Shown here: piece by piece, positions 17,047 through 26,281 of the stretch
How the letters are laid out: each line of letters opens with the position of its first letter
Numbering within the stretch: the first letter of the stretch is position 1
Origin: a candidate division WOR-3 bacterium
Lineage (GTDB): Bacteria > Hydrothermota > UBA3072
NCBI GenBank assembly: GCA_039804165.1
Contig: JBDRZZ010000008.1
Coordinates: forward strand, 448-64,447
DNA: 64,000 bases
Direction of reading: 5' to 3'
Program-made: the position numbers and the translations under genes
The notes under the pieces: generated by a model
Seen by the model: the letters and a program-made list of their open reading frames with translations, nothing else
Told to the model about the DNA's origin: nothing
Database searches by the model: none

Positions 17047-19044
17047 ATGGAGTTGATTAAATTATTAGATATTACTAAGGTATATAATATAGGAAACTTA
17101 GAAGTTCCTGTTCTTTTAGGTATTTCTCTTGAGGTGCATAACGGAGAGTTTTTAGCTATTCTTGGCCCATCTGGTTCTGGGAAGACAACCCTTATGGATA
17201 TAATTGGATGTTTATCTAAACCAACTTCTGGATGTTATTTTTTGGAAGGGGAGGATGTTAGTGAATTAAGCGAGGTTGATCTATCTATTATAAGGAAGAA
17301 GAAGATAGGATTTGTTTTCCAAAGTTTTAATCTTATCCCAAGAATGAGCGCAATAGACAATGTGGAACTGCCTCTTTTATATTCAGGAGTAGAGGAAGAA
17401 GAGAGGAAAGAAAGAGCGATGAATGCTCTTATTAAGGTGGGTCTTTCACATCGTGCATATCATTATCCCAATGAACTTTCAGGAGGAGAACAACAAAGAG
17501 TTGCTATTGCAAGGGCTATAGTAAATAATCCTTCAATAATACTTGCAGATGAGCCTACAGGAAATCTTGATTCTAAAACAGGAAAAGAAATTATGGCTCT
17601 TTTTGAAGAACTTCACAAAGAGGGCGGGACTATCATAATGGTTACTCACGATTCAACAGTTGCCAAATATGCAGAAAGAAATCTTAAGATAAAAGATGGA
17701 AAGATTGAAAAAGAAGAGATAAAAAAGAGGGTAAGAAAAAGAGAAAATCCTAAGAAGATAGAGGAAAAAAGGGGAGATAGGAGCATTCTTGGAAGCATTA
17801 TCTCAGGTTTTGTTGCAGGGTATAGAGGACTTTTGGCTAATAAACTCCGTTCTTTTCTTACAGTTCTCGGGATAATTATAGGGGTTGGAGCGGTTATTGG
17901 GGTTATGGGCATTGGAGAAGGAGCAAAAAGAAGTATTACTACTCAAATAGAAAAATTAGGGTCAAACATTATAAGCATCCATTACCGGAGACCACAAACT
18001 AAAGAGGAAGCTCTCTTGTGGCAAGGAAGATCTAAAGGTCTTACTTATCAAGATGCTCTTGCTCTTAAAGAGGAATTAGACTTCATTTACGATGTTGAGC
18101 CTGAGGTTAGAGCTACTATTACGGCTAAATATAAGGATAAAGATTGGGAGACAAATATTGTTGGAACTCTTCCCTCTTATCAATCCATAAATAATCACTA
18201 TGTTAAAGAGGGTCGTTTTTTTACAGAAGATGAATTAAGGTCTTGGACAAAGGTTTGTGTTATAGGGAAGACAATTAAAGATGAATTATTTGAGGAGGAA
18301 GATCCAATTGGTAAGGAGATAAAGATAAGTAATATGCGTTTCACAGTGATTGGGGTTTTAGAAGAAAAAGGCTCTATTGGATGGAATAATTTTGATGATA
18401 GGATAATTATTCCCCTTTTTACTGCCCAAAAAAGAATTACAGGGGAAGATGATATTGTGAGGGAGATTCAAGTCCAGACGAAAGGGAGCATCCCTTCAAA
18501 AGACTACGAAGAAAAAGTTAAGGATTTTCTTCTTAAAAGGCACAATCAGGTTGAGGACTTTAGAATAATGAATAGAGAAGAATTCAAACAGACAATAGAA
18601 CAAACCGCAAAGACTTTTAAAATTATGCTTTCTGGGATTGCTGCAATATCTCTTATCGTTGGAGGAATTGGTATAATGAACATAATGCTTGTTTCTGTTA
18701 CAGAAAGAACAAGGGAAATTGGAATAAGAAAGGCAATAGGAGCAAAGAGATTAGATATTTTAATTCAGTTCTTAATTGAATCAGTAATAGTATCTTTAAG
18801 TGGGGGAATTATTGGAATTATTTTGGGGATTATTTTCGCCACCACTTTAGGGAATATGATAGTTGGAGCTGGACCAATCACTCCTGGTCCGAGGTTTCTA
18901 AGTGAAGGTGGTAAGTCAGTTGTTACTCCCGGTTCTATTTTGCTTGCATTCTTTTTCGCAATTGTTGTGGGAATTTTTTTTGGAATATATCCTGCAAATA
19001 AAGCCTCAAAGATGGATCCAGCTCAGGCTCTTAGATATGAGTGA
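17047..19044 (+). CDS. macB: MacB-type ABC transporter (fused ATPase and FtsX-like permease)
   Basis: Walker A 'GPSGSGKTT', signature 'LSGGEQQRVAIARA' and Walker B 'ILADEPTGNLD'. The C-terminal half is MacB_PCD plus FtsX with four TM segments. It is 665 aa. Confidence 0.85.
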   Translation: MELIKLLDITKVYNIGNLEVPVLLGISLEVHNGEFLAILGPSGSGKTTLMDIIGCLSKPTSGCYFLEGEDVSELSEVDLSIIRKKKIGFVFQSFNLIPRMSAIDNVELPLLYSGVEEEERKERAMNALIKVGLSHRAYHYPNELSGGEQQRVAIARAIVNNPSIILADEPTGNLDSKTGKEIMALFEELHKEGGTIIMVTHDSTVAKYAERNLKIKDGKIEKEEIKKRVRKRENPKKIEEKRGDRSILGSIISGFVAGYRGLLANKLRSFLTVLGIIIGVGAVIGVMGIGEGAKRSITTQIEKLGSNIISIHYRRPQTKEEALLWQGRSKGLTYQDALALKEELDFIYDVEPEVRATITAKYKDKDWETNIVGTLPSYQSINNHYVKEGRFFTEDELRSWTKVCVIGKTIKDELFEEEDPIGKEIKISNMRFTVIGVLEEKGSIGWNNFDDRIIIPLFTAQKRITGEDDIVREIQVQTKGSIPSKDYEEKVKDFLLKRHNQVEDFRIMNREEFKQTIEQTAKTFKIMLSGIAAISLIVGGIGIMNIMLVSVTERTREIGIRKAIGAKRLDILIQFLIESVIVSLSGGIIGIILGIIFATTLGNMIVGAGPITPGPRFLSEGGKSVVTPGSILLAFFFAIVVGIFFGIYPANKASKMDPAQALRYE

Positions 19045-19047
19045 TTT

Positions 19048-19791
19048 TTATTTAATCCTTAAATCTATTTTTTCATCCTTTAGTAAATTTGAAATTTCAG
19101 GGATGAATTTGTCATCTCGATGATATAAATATAATACCTTTGGTTTAAAAGATTTTACTGCATCGGCGACCATTTGAGGACTCATTGTATATGGCAGATT
19201 CATTGGAAGGATTGCAGCATATATATCCTTTAAAGCTTTCATTTCTGGTGTGTTTTCTGTATCTCCTGCAACATATATTTTTTTATCTCCAAAGGTGATT
19301 ACATATCCATTACCAATTCCTTTTGGGTGAAATGGTTCTCCATTTTCTCTTTTGTTTATGATGTTGTAAGCTGGAAGAACTTCTATTGGGAATCCATTTA
19401 AGGTATCTATATCCCCATTTTTCATAACAGTTCCATCTTTAATTTTTTCTTGGCATCTCTCTGTTAATATGAGCACTGTTTCCTTTGTCCTTATCGCTTT
19501 TATAGCCTCTGGGTCAAAATGGTCCCAATGTTCATGAGTGATTAAGATTAAGTCTCCTTTAGGCAATTTGGTGTAATCTGCCTCTTTTAGTGTTGGATCA
19601 ATATGGATGACTTTTTTGTTGAATTCAAAAAATAAAGATGCATGACCCACAAAAGTAATTTTTACTTCCCCTTCTTTTGTTTTAATTGTATCTGTGGAAA
19701 ATTTTTTTAATGGCTTTTCTTCGGCCAGAAGAGATACTCCAATAAAAATAAGAAAAGAAAGTATTTTTAAGAATTTTATAACCATTATCAT
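19048..19791 (-). CDS. Exported MBL-fold metallo-hydrolase
   Basis: 'ITHEHWDHFD' carries the HxHxDH motif. I prefer the ATG at 19791 (AGGAGGG 4-5 nt upstream) over the TTG at 19815. The signal peptide is 'FLKILSFLIFIGVSLLA'. Confidence 0.75.
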   Translation of the reverse strand: MIMVIKFLKILSFLIFIGVSLLAEEKPLKKFSTDTIKTKEGEVKITFVGHASLFFEFNKKVIHIDPTLKEADYTKLPKGDLILITHEHWDHFDPEAIKAIRTKETVLILTERCQEKIKDGTVMKNGDIDTLNGFPIEVLPAYNIINKRENGEPFHPKGIGNGYVITFGDKKIYVAGDTENTPEMKALKDIYAAILPMNLPYTMSPQMVADAVKSFKPKVLYLYHRDDKFIPEISNLLKDEKIDLRIK

Positions 19792-19801
19792 TTTCCCTCC
19801 T

Positions 19802-21256
19802 TTAAATTTCAACACTAACTTTAGATTTATCTTTTAATTTTTCAGAAAGCTCTTTAAGAAGTCCTTTATTATAAATGCATCCCGGATCAGGAGCTTTTAA
19901 GTCTCCAAAATACTGAAACGCTCTTGCTCTACAACCTCCACAAACGGTGGCTTCTTCTTCAGAACAATTTGCACAATTTACGTCTTCCCTTTTCTTTAAT
20001 ACTTTCATTAGTGGATGCTCATTCCATAATTCTTCAATTGTTTGATTTTTTAAATTCCCAATGGTAAGATCGGGCATATAAACACAAGGGGTAAATCTTC
20101 CATCAGGCTGTATTGCAGCGTAGGCTCTTCCTGCTCCGCATCCACCTACTACATCAGCAATGGCGCCTAACTCTTTAGATTTCAAATCTGCATAATGAGC
20201 AAGAATTAAGGAACAGGATTCGTTTCTCCTACAGAAAGCTCCAAAAGTAGGATCTGTTGTGGCAACTATGTGTTTTCCTCTATCAAGTTGTTCATACATT
20301 AATTTATGAAGTTCTTCTCTTTCCTCTGGAGTTGGATCGTTTTTAAAATCACCTCTACCCACTGGGATGTAATTATAAACTACGACCTTATAAGCACCAA
20401 GCTCCTCCCTTAGTTTGAATATCCCTTTAATCTCATTATGATTCTCTTTCATGTGGGTGTAGGCAATACAAGTTGTAACTCCTGCATCTATAAGATTCTT
20501 AATCCCTTTTATTGCTCTTTCCCACATTCCAGGGATTCCTCTTATTTTGTCGTGTTTTTCTGGAGAGGCTCCATCAATGGAGACTTGAACGTAACCTATT
20601 TCAAGTTCTGCTATCTTCTTTGCCATATTTCTGTCTATAAGGGTTCCATTTGTTGCAATAGATAAATAGAGTCCTTTTTCTTTCGCCTTTTTAGCAACCT
20701 CCCAGAAATCTTTATCTATAAGAGGTTCTCCCCCAGAGAAGAAAAGGGATGGAATATTTCTTTCTCCAATCTTTTCAACTATTTCTAAACGTTCCGAAAG
20801 GGTGAGCTCTTCTTTCTTGTTTTTTTCTCTTAAATGAATTGCACTCTGATAACAATGCTTACAAAGTAGATTACATTTATTTGTAAAGTTCCATACTAAC
20901 ATAACTGGATCGGCAAATGGCTGAGGAGTTTTAAATCCATATTTGTCAAGGGATTCTAAGGCATTGGCAAATATTTTCCTAATGGTTATTTGTTGAAGAC
21001 TTTTCTTGAATTCCTCTTCAGAAGTTCCAAAAGATCTTCTTACAACATCCAGTAATTTAATAAGAGGAAAATATTTAATTTTCTCTGAGTTGCTTAAAGA
21101 GTTATTACAGTATTTGTCTATTATAACCTCAAATAAATATTTTCCATTTTCTTTTTTTAAAGCAGTTGAAATAATTCTTCTTGAAACCCTTGAGTTAAGG
21201 GTTTTATTTAATCTTATAATATCAAACTGCCTTTTTGAAATAACCCAAAGACTCAT
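19802..21256 (-). CDS. Radical SAM/SPASM-domain enzyme with a ~110-aa N-terminal extension
   Basis: 'CNLLCKHCY' (CxxxCxxC), 'FSGGEPL', and C-terminal Cys clusters 'GGCGAGR', 'CANC' and 'CGGCRARA' typical of SPASM. SD AAGGAGGGAGA is present. The subfamily is not assignable by eye. Confidence 0.8.
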   Translation of the reverse strand: MSLWVISKRQFDIIRLNKTLNSRVSRRIISTALKKENGKYLFEVIIDKYCNNSLSNSEKIKYFPLIKLLDVVRRSFGTSEEEFKKSLQQITIRKIFANALESLDKYGFKTPQPFADPVMLVWNFTNKCNLLCKHCYQSAIHLREKNKKEELTLSERLEIVEKIGERNIPSLFFSGGEPLIDKDFWEVAKKAKEKGLYLSIATNGTLIDRNMAKKIAELEIGYVQVSIDGASPEKHDKIRGIPGMWERAIKGIKNLIDAGVTTCIAYTHMKENHNEIKGIFKLREELGAYKVVVYNYIPVGRGDFKNDPTPEEREELHKLMYEQLDRGKHIVATTDPTFGAFCRRNESCSLILAHYADLKSKELGAIADVVGGCGAGRAYAAIQPDGRFTPCVYMPDLTIGNLKNQTIEELWNEHPLMKVLKKREDVNCANCSEEEATVCGGCRARAFQYFGDLKAPDPGCIYNKGLLKELSEKLKDKSKVSVEI

Positions 21257-21865
21257 TATCTCCCTCCTTTTGCGAAAAAACTATATATAGATGGCTATCT
21301 ATTTGAATATATATAATAATAGAGAAAATAGACTTGTCAAGAGGTGTCTTTGGAGATTGTTGAACTTAAAGAATAGGATGATACGAAGAAGATTCTTATT
21401 GTAATTTTATGAAACGAAATTATGGAATAAAATGAGTATTTTTTAAGTCTTTTTGTAAATATTTTAAACACGAGATTTACGGAGAAATAGAAGTAACCTG
21501 GTTTTCAGAAGTTATGGCAAGTACCCAATCCGCATACAAGAGATATTCTTTATTTTGCTTTGAGAAGATTCTTGAAGTTCATGTTTATAACTATGCTATA
21601 TTTAGACGGTATTATGGGGTCTATAATTTATAGAGGTGAGTTCTTAAAAGTTACACTTGGAGAGATCCAGACGAAAGAAGACTCGGAGATGATGATTGGG
21701 TAAAGTTTTTTTATTGATTCTATTAGAATTAAGCCTTTATTCAATTCTATATGTCTATCTATACTAGTAATTTGGAGGGTGGAGAAGTTGGAAATTATAT
21801 CCAACACTGGGTGTTTCCTTACAGAATTAATAAAAAATTTGGTTTTTAAAAAGAAAGATTTTTTA

Positions 21866-23413
21866 TTATCTTTTTACAATCGCAATATCCTTTGTTACCA
21901 CGGCTAATATTTCTCTTCCCCGGTATAAAATTGCAATTATTTTTACTTTTAACTCTCCAACTCCCTCCGGGAGATTATTTGCTTCAAATTCTCTATTTAG
22001 AATTATTCTTCCTGCATCTTCTGGAATGACTTTCCAAATTATTTGGTAGTCGGTAAAATCCGTGTTTATTAAAAGAGGTGTTGTAGAACCTTCTACAATT
22101 TTTTCTATAGCTGTAAGAGAAGTGTTGTAATCCTTGTCTTTAGAGAATAACTCCGTGGTTGGACTATCTATATTATTTCTTTCCCCTATTACAATTAATG
22201 ATCTTCCAGGTTTAACGTTAATTCCCAGGCCGGCTTCAGCAACCAAGAAGCCTGCTCCTACCCTTTTTGGAATGAAGACCCCATTATTGTTTACATACCC
22301 GAGATCCTCAGGGATTACCTTCCATTTTACTAAGATTCCTTCTGCATTTTCTACAGTGAAAGAATATTCTCGCCCAATTTCTTGAGAATCAAAATATTTA
22401 AAAGAAGGTGTTATTGATAAAGCTTTTATTTCGGTGGATTTTATAGATACTTCTGCAGAGACAATTCCTTTTCCAAATCTTTGAGGTAAAATTGCAACAA
22501 CTCTACCTTTTGTTGGAATTTTACCTGCGATAAATGTGCCATCCTTTTTAATTGTCCCACATCTTCTCGGTATTACTTCCCACCGAATAGGAAGATTTAT
22601 ATCTCTAAATCCTTCTCCAATAAGTTTGAACCGAACGGTTTCTCCAGGTTTAAGCTCTACTTTCTCTGGAATTATTCTTATTCCCATTTCTCCACTTATC
22701 ACCACAATTGCACGCTCTTGAAATCCATTTTTCTCTGCCACTATTACTGTTTTTCCAGGAAGGTTTGCGGTGAATAAACCTGTAGGTGTTAATTCACCTA
22801 ATTTTTCACCTTCAATTTTCCAAGAGACTCCTTCTTCAGCTACAAACTGAACTGTTTCCCCTATTTTTAACTTCTTAAATTTTGGTGTTATTTTAAGAGA
22901 ACTAACTTTTCCTTTTACTCTAATAAATGCTGTTTCTACTTCTCCGTTTTCCAAAATAGCAATGACTCTGCCTTTTCCTGGGTTTTTTGCGATGAAGGAG
23001 CTATTTTCTATATCTCCTATATTAGGAGGGAAACATTTCCAGGTTTTTGCTTTACTCCCAGAAATTGTGAAGGTTATTTTCTCCCCCTTTTCTAAAATCG
23101 CAAATGATGGGAATATTTTTGCCTTTTCTTCTTCCTTACTTATCCTTATATAAGCAAACCCTTGCACAGTTTCTCCTTTTAATTCAGCTTTGCATCGAAG
23201 GACCCCTCTACCTTCTTCTTTGGCTATAAAAATTTCATTATAAACTTCTCCGAGGGAATTAGGAGTTACATCAAAACTTAATTTTCCTGAAAGAGGGTTA
23301 CCTTCTTCATCTAATAATTTAACAGTGAAAGGAATTTTTTCTCCCACTTTGCCCTTAATAGGATTTGGGAATATATAAACTTCTAAAGATAATAATAAAA
23401 ATATAAACATCAT
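21866..23413 (-). CDS. Secreted protein with about five Big_2-type Ig-like repeats
   Basis: Repeats such as 'LKITPKFKKLKIGETVQF', 'IRIIPEKVELKPGETVRFKL' and 'LSITPSFKYF'. A signal peptide is present. 4-nt overlap with the anti-sigma gene. Confidence 0.7.
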   Translation of the reverse strand: MMFIFLLLSLEVYIFPNPIKGKVGEKIPFTVKLLDEEGNPLSGKLSFDVTPNSLGEVYNEIFIAKEEGRGVLRCKAELKGETVQGFAYIRISKEEEKAKIFPSFAILEKGEKITFTISGSKAKTWKCFPPNIGDIENSSFIAKNPGKGRVIAILENGEVETAFIRVKGKVSSLKITPKFKKLKIGETVQFVAEEGVSWKIEGEKLGELTPTGLFTANLPGKTVIVAEKNGFQERAIVVISGEMGIRIIPEKVELKPGETVRFKLIGEGFRDINLPIRWEVIPRRCGTIKKDGTFIAGKIPTKGRVVAILPQRFGKGIVSAEVSIKSTEIKALSITPSFKYFDSQEIGREYSFTVENAEGILVKWKVIPEDLGYVNNNGVFIPKRVGAGFLVAEAGLGINVKPGRSLIVIGERNNIDSPTTELFSKDKDYNTSLTAIEKIVEGSTTPLLINTDFTDYQIIWKVIPEDAGRIILNREFEANNLPEGVGELKVKIIAILYRGREILAVVTKDIAIVKR

Positions 23414-24147
23414 CCCTCCTTATAGAAGGTTATTGCTTTCTCCTCCAGGGTCTTAATAGAAAGGTAGTGAAGCCCTTCTTCCAGAGGAGGTAAGAACTCT
23501 TTATCTAAATACAAAACATTAGAAATTATCTTATAATTTTTTATTTCTTCTCCATCGATCTTAATTTCTATTCTTTCTACTGGTTTTTCTAAAACAAGAA
23601 CAATTTCAAAGTTTTCTCCTACCACTGCTCCTTCCTCTGGAAAGACAAAATGAATTTCTTCGGAAGAGGGTGTTTCTAAAGGTTCATTCATAATGTTTAT
23701 TTTCGTTTCTTTCTTTACAATTTCTTTTATTTCGGATTTTGGAATGCTTTCTTTTGTTTTTATCTCTTCTTGTGATTTTTCTTGGATTTTTTGGGTTTCT
23801 GCTAAAGATGTTGTAGGCTTATATCTTAGGTAGAAAACTGTGAAAAACAATATAAAAATGGCTGCAGCACTTAATACTATGTAATTCCATCTAAGGATTG
23901 GTCTTACTCCTTGTAAGGATTCTTTTTTAATAGTATTTTTAAGGATTATATCGATTAATCCAGAAGGACATTGGACTTCCTCTATTTGAGATTGGAAAAT
24001 TCTTAAAAGTTTTTTTCTCTCTCTTATTTTTCCCTTACATAAATTGCAGATTTTTAAATGAGTTTCCAATTCTTTTTTCTCTTTTTCGGTAAGCTCATTA
24101 TCTAAATAACCTTGTATTAATTCCTCATATTTTTGATGTTTTCTCAT
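23410..24147 (-). CDS. Zinc-finger (zf-HC2/ZAS) anti-sigma factor, single-pass membrane protein
   Basis: 'HLKICNLC' matches Hx3Cx2C. The TM segment is 'IVLSAAAIFILFFTVFYL'. 4-nt overlap with the ECF sigma gene. Confidence 0.75.
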   Translation of the reverse strand: MRKHQKYEELIQGYLDNELTEKEKKELETHLKICNLCKGKIRERKKLLRIFQSQIEEVQCPSGLIDIILKNTIKKESLQGVRPILRWNYIVLSAAAIFILFFTVFYLRYKPTTSLAETQKIQEKSQEEIKTKESIPKSEIKEIVKKETKINIMNEPLETPSSEEIHFVFPEEGAVVGENFEIVLVLEKPVERIEIKIDGEEIKNYKIISNVLYLDKEFLPPLEEGLHYLSIKTLEEKAITFYKEG

Positions 24148-24677
24148 ATTTTTTCCTTTAATAATTTTTCAAGTTTTGAAATTGTTCTATTTAACCTTGA
24201 TCGCACAGTTCCTATTGGAATTTGGAGAATCTCTGATATTGTTGAGTAATCACAATTCTCATAGTATCGAAGGATTAAAACTTCCTGGTGTTTTTTAGGG
24301 AGAGATTTAATTAGGTTTTTTATAAGGTTCTCATCTGAGCTCTTAAGAATGAATTTTTCTGGGTTACTTTCATTAGTAGGATGTTTAACAACATCTTCGA
24401 GGGAAATTATATTTTTTTCATAAATTTTATCTTTGCGGTATTTAAAAACTGTGTTTAGAGCAATTCTATAAAGCCAGGTGTATATAGAAGATTCTCCTCT
24501 AAAAGCTTCAAATCCCTTCCAGGCTTTTGTGAAAACCTCTTGGGTTAATTCTTTTGCTATTTCATAATTATTAGTCATATTGTAAATCATTTTGTAAATC
24601 CTTGAAGTATTATTTCTAACAATTTTTTCAAATGTTTCTTTTCTTTCTTCATTTTTTATATTCCTCCTTAATTCCAT
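24144..24677 (-). CDS. ECF-type sigma-70 family factor
   Basis: Region 2 is 'TQEVFTKAWKGFEAFRGESSIYTWLYRIALN' and region 4 is 'ILQIPIGTVRSRLNRTISKLEKLL'. Confidence 0.85.
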   Translation of the reverse strand: MELRRNIKNEERKETFEKIVRNNTSRIYKMIYNMTNNYEIAKELTQEVFTKAWKGFEAFRGESSIYTWLYRIALNTVFKYRKDKIYEKNIISLEDVVKHPTNESNPEKFILKSSDENLIKNLIKSLPKKHQEVLILRYYENCDYSTISEILQIPIGTVRSRLNRTISKLEKLLKEKI

Positions 24678-24712
24678 TTTTTATTTAGATAAAAAATTCT
24701 CTATTTAGTTCC

Positions 24713-26212
24713 TTAAAATTCGTATTCATATATTATTCGAAGCAAGTGGTGTTTATACCCTTCTTCAAGATATGGATAATAATTTATATTAAGCCTTCCA
24801 AATTCTTCCAAGTTGAGCCTTCCATCTAAATTTAAGCTAAAACTTGTTTTTTCTCTACTCCTTACTGCAGAGAGACCAAAACTGAGAAGATGCCTTCTAA
24901 AATACCAAATGAAATTTGAAAGGAATCGGAGAGATTCGGTTTCTTTTATGGAAATTGTTTTTTCTTGTCCAAATGTATTTTCTAAATGTAAAGTCTTAAA
25001 AGATGATTCAAAGCCAAGACCTATATAATAATATTTTTCTTCGTAAAATTCTGGGAACTTAGCCCACTGATATTCAAAGATAGGGGAGAAAAGGTCTTTT
25101 ATATCCCACTTGAATATTTGAGAAATAGAGAATCCTATGGTTTTATTTTCTTCATAGGCAAGATAATCAAAATTAGTAGATAAAAATTTGGATTGGTATA
25201 CTCCATTTGTAAAAAAAGAGGTTCTCCCTGAATAAAGATATGAATTTCCGAGAGTTAAATAACCATCTTCAACTTTTCTAATACCTGCTTCAATCCTATT
25301 TTGATTTCGTTCGATGTTTATTTTTCCTTCAAAGGCTTTTCCTTTTAGAGTTGAATCTTCATAAAGATTTGGATTTCCAATTGAGAAGAAAGTCTTCACA
25401 TTTAAAGAAAAATCCTCCATTATTTTCATTTCTAATTCTCCGCCTAATAGAAAAGACTCCTGTGGATCAACAATAATAAGACGATTTATATTTGAAGTAT
25501 CATCTTTTCCGTAAAAGCTTGTAAGACCAAGGATAAAAGGATTTCTTTTTAAGCTCAATTTTCCTCCTAAAAGCCATCTTGGATATTCCGAGAATAAAGA
25601 GTCATAATTGCGTATATATAAAAATAAAGGGAGAATAAATAAATTGTCCACACTTATTTCGCCTGAAAATCCAAGACCTTTAGGAGAGCAAATTGTTAAT
25701 TCATCAAAGTATGGAGAGATGTATCCTGCCTCTAAGTAAGTTTTTTCTCTTGAATAGCTTAAAAAAGGTGCCCAGACCCTTTGGAATTCGGGATCATAAT
25801 ATAGAGAAGCCCTTAGAGAGTTTTTGTCTTTATAAATAGAAAAATCTAAGCCAAAGATTTTCCCATTTGGTTTATAATAAGAAGAATCTGGGCAATAATA
25901 GTTTTGGGTTCCGATTGAGAAGCTTCCTGTGAAGATAAAAGGTATTTCTTCTTTTTTCATTACAAAAAAAGACCATTCTTGAGACTCTTTTTCGGTTTTT
26001 ACTGTTATATTGTGATTCCCTTTAGGGAGATTATTAATTTCTGAAAAGAAATAGGTGGAGGTAATTTCACCTGGTAAAGCTTTTCCATCTAAATATATCA
26101 ATATGGATTCTTCTTTAAGCGGAGGATCAAACAGAATGGTTATATCAAAAGGAAGATAAGTTGAATCCTTTGGAGAAATAAGAATAAGAGCAGAAATAAT
26201 TATTTCTAACAT
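24713..26212 (-). CDS. Hypothetical outer-membrane beta-barrel-like protein
   Basis: 499 aa with an N-terminal hydrophobic signal, alternating aromatic/polar strand patterns and a C-terminal 'YEYEF' (terminal Phe typical of OMPs). Confidence 0.5.
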   Translation of the reverse strand: MLEIIISALILISPKDSTYLPFDITILFDPPLKEESILIYLDGKALPGEITSTYFFSEINNLPKGNHNITVKTEKESQEWSFFVMKKEEIPFIFTGSFSIGTQNYYCPDSSYYKPNGKIFGLDFSIYKDKNSLRASLYYDPEFQRVWAPFLSYSREKTYLEAGYISPYFDELTICSPKGLGFSGEISVDNLFILPLFLYIRNYDSLFSEYPRWLLGGKLSLKRNPFILGLTSFYGKDDTSNINRLIIVDPQESFLLGGELEMKIMEDFSLNVKTFFSIGNPNLYEDSTLKGKAFEGKINIERNQNRIEAGIRKVEDGYLTLGNSYLYSGRTSFFTNGVYQSKFLSTNFDYLAYEENKTIGFSISQIFKWDIKDLFSPIFEYQWAKFPEFYEEKYYYIGLGFESSFKTLHLENTFGQEKTISIKETESLRFLSNFIWYFRRHLLSFGLSAVRSREKTSFSLNLDGRLNLEEFGRLNINYYPYLEEGYKHHLLRIIYEYEF

Positions 26213-26223
26213 ATTTTAGAATA

Positions 26224-26252
26224 AATTTATCGCATTTTAATTGTCTCGTCAA
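26224..26252 (-). promoter_or_regulatory. sigma70-like promoter candidate close to the start codon
   Basis: On the minus strand, TTGACG (26252-26247), a 17-nt spacer and TAAATT (26229-26224). Only 11 nt separate the -10 box from the ATG at 26212, and there is no SD. Confidence 0.4.
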
Positions 26253-26281
26253 GTTTATTTAATTTTTTAATTGGATTTTGG

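Noticed and set aside
21514-21633. 39-aa ATG ORF in the 0.5-kb non-coding gap, considered as a candidate radical SAM substrate peptide.
   Set aside because: It is on the opposite strand to the radical SAM gene, has no SD, and lacks the Cys/Gly-rich core or a leader-like motif.
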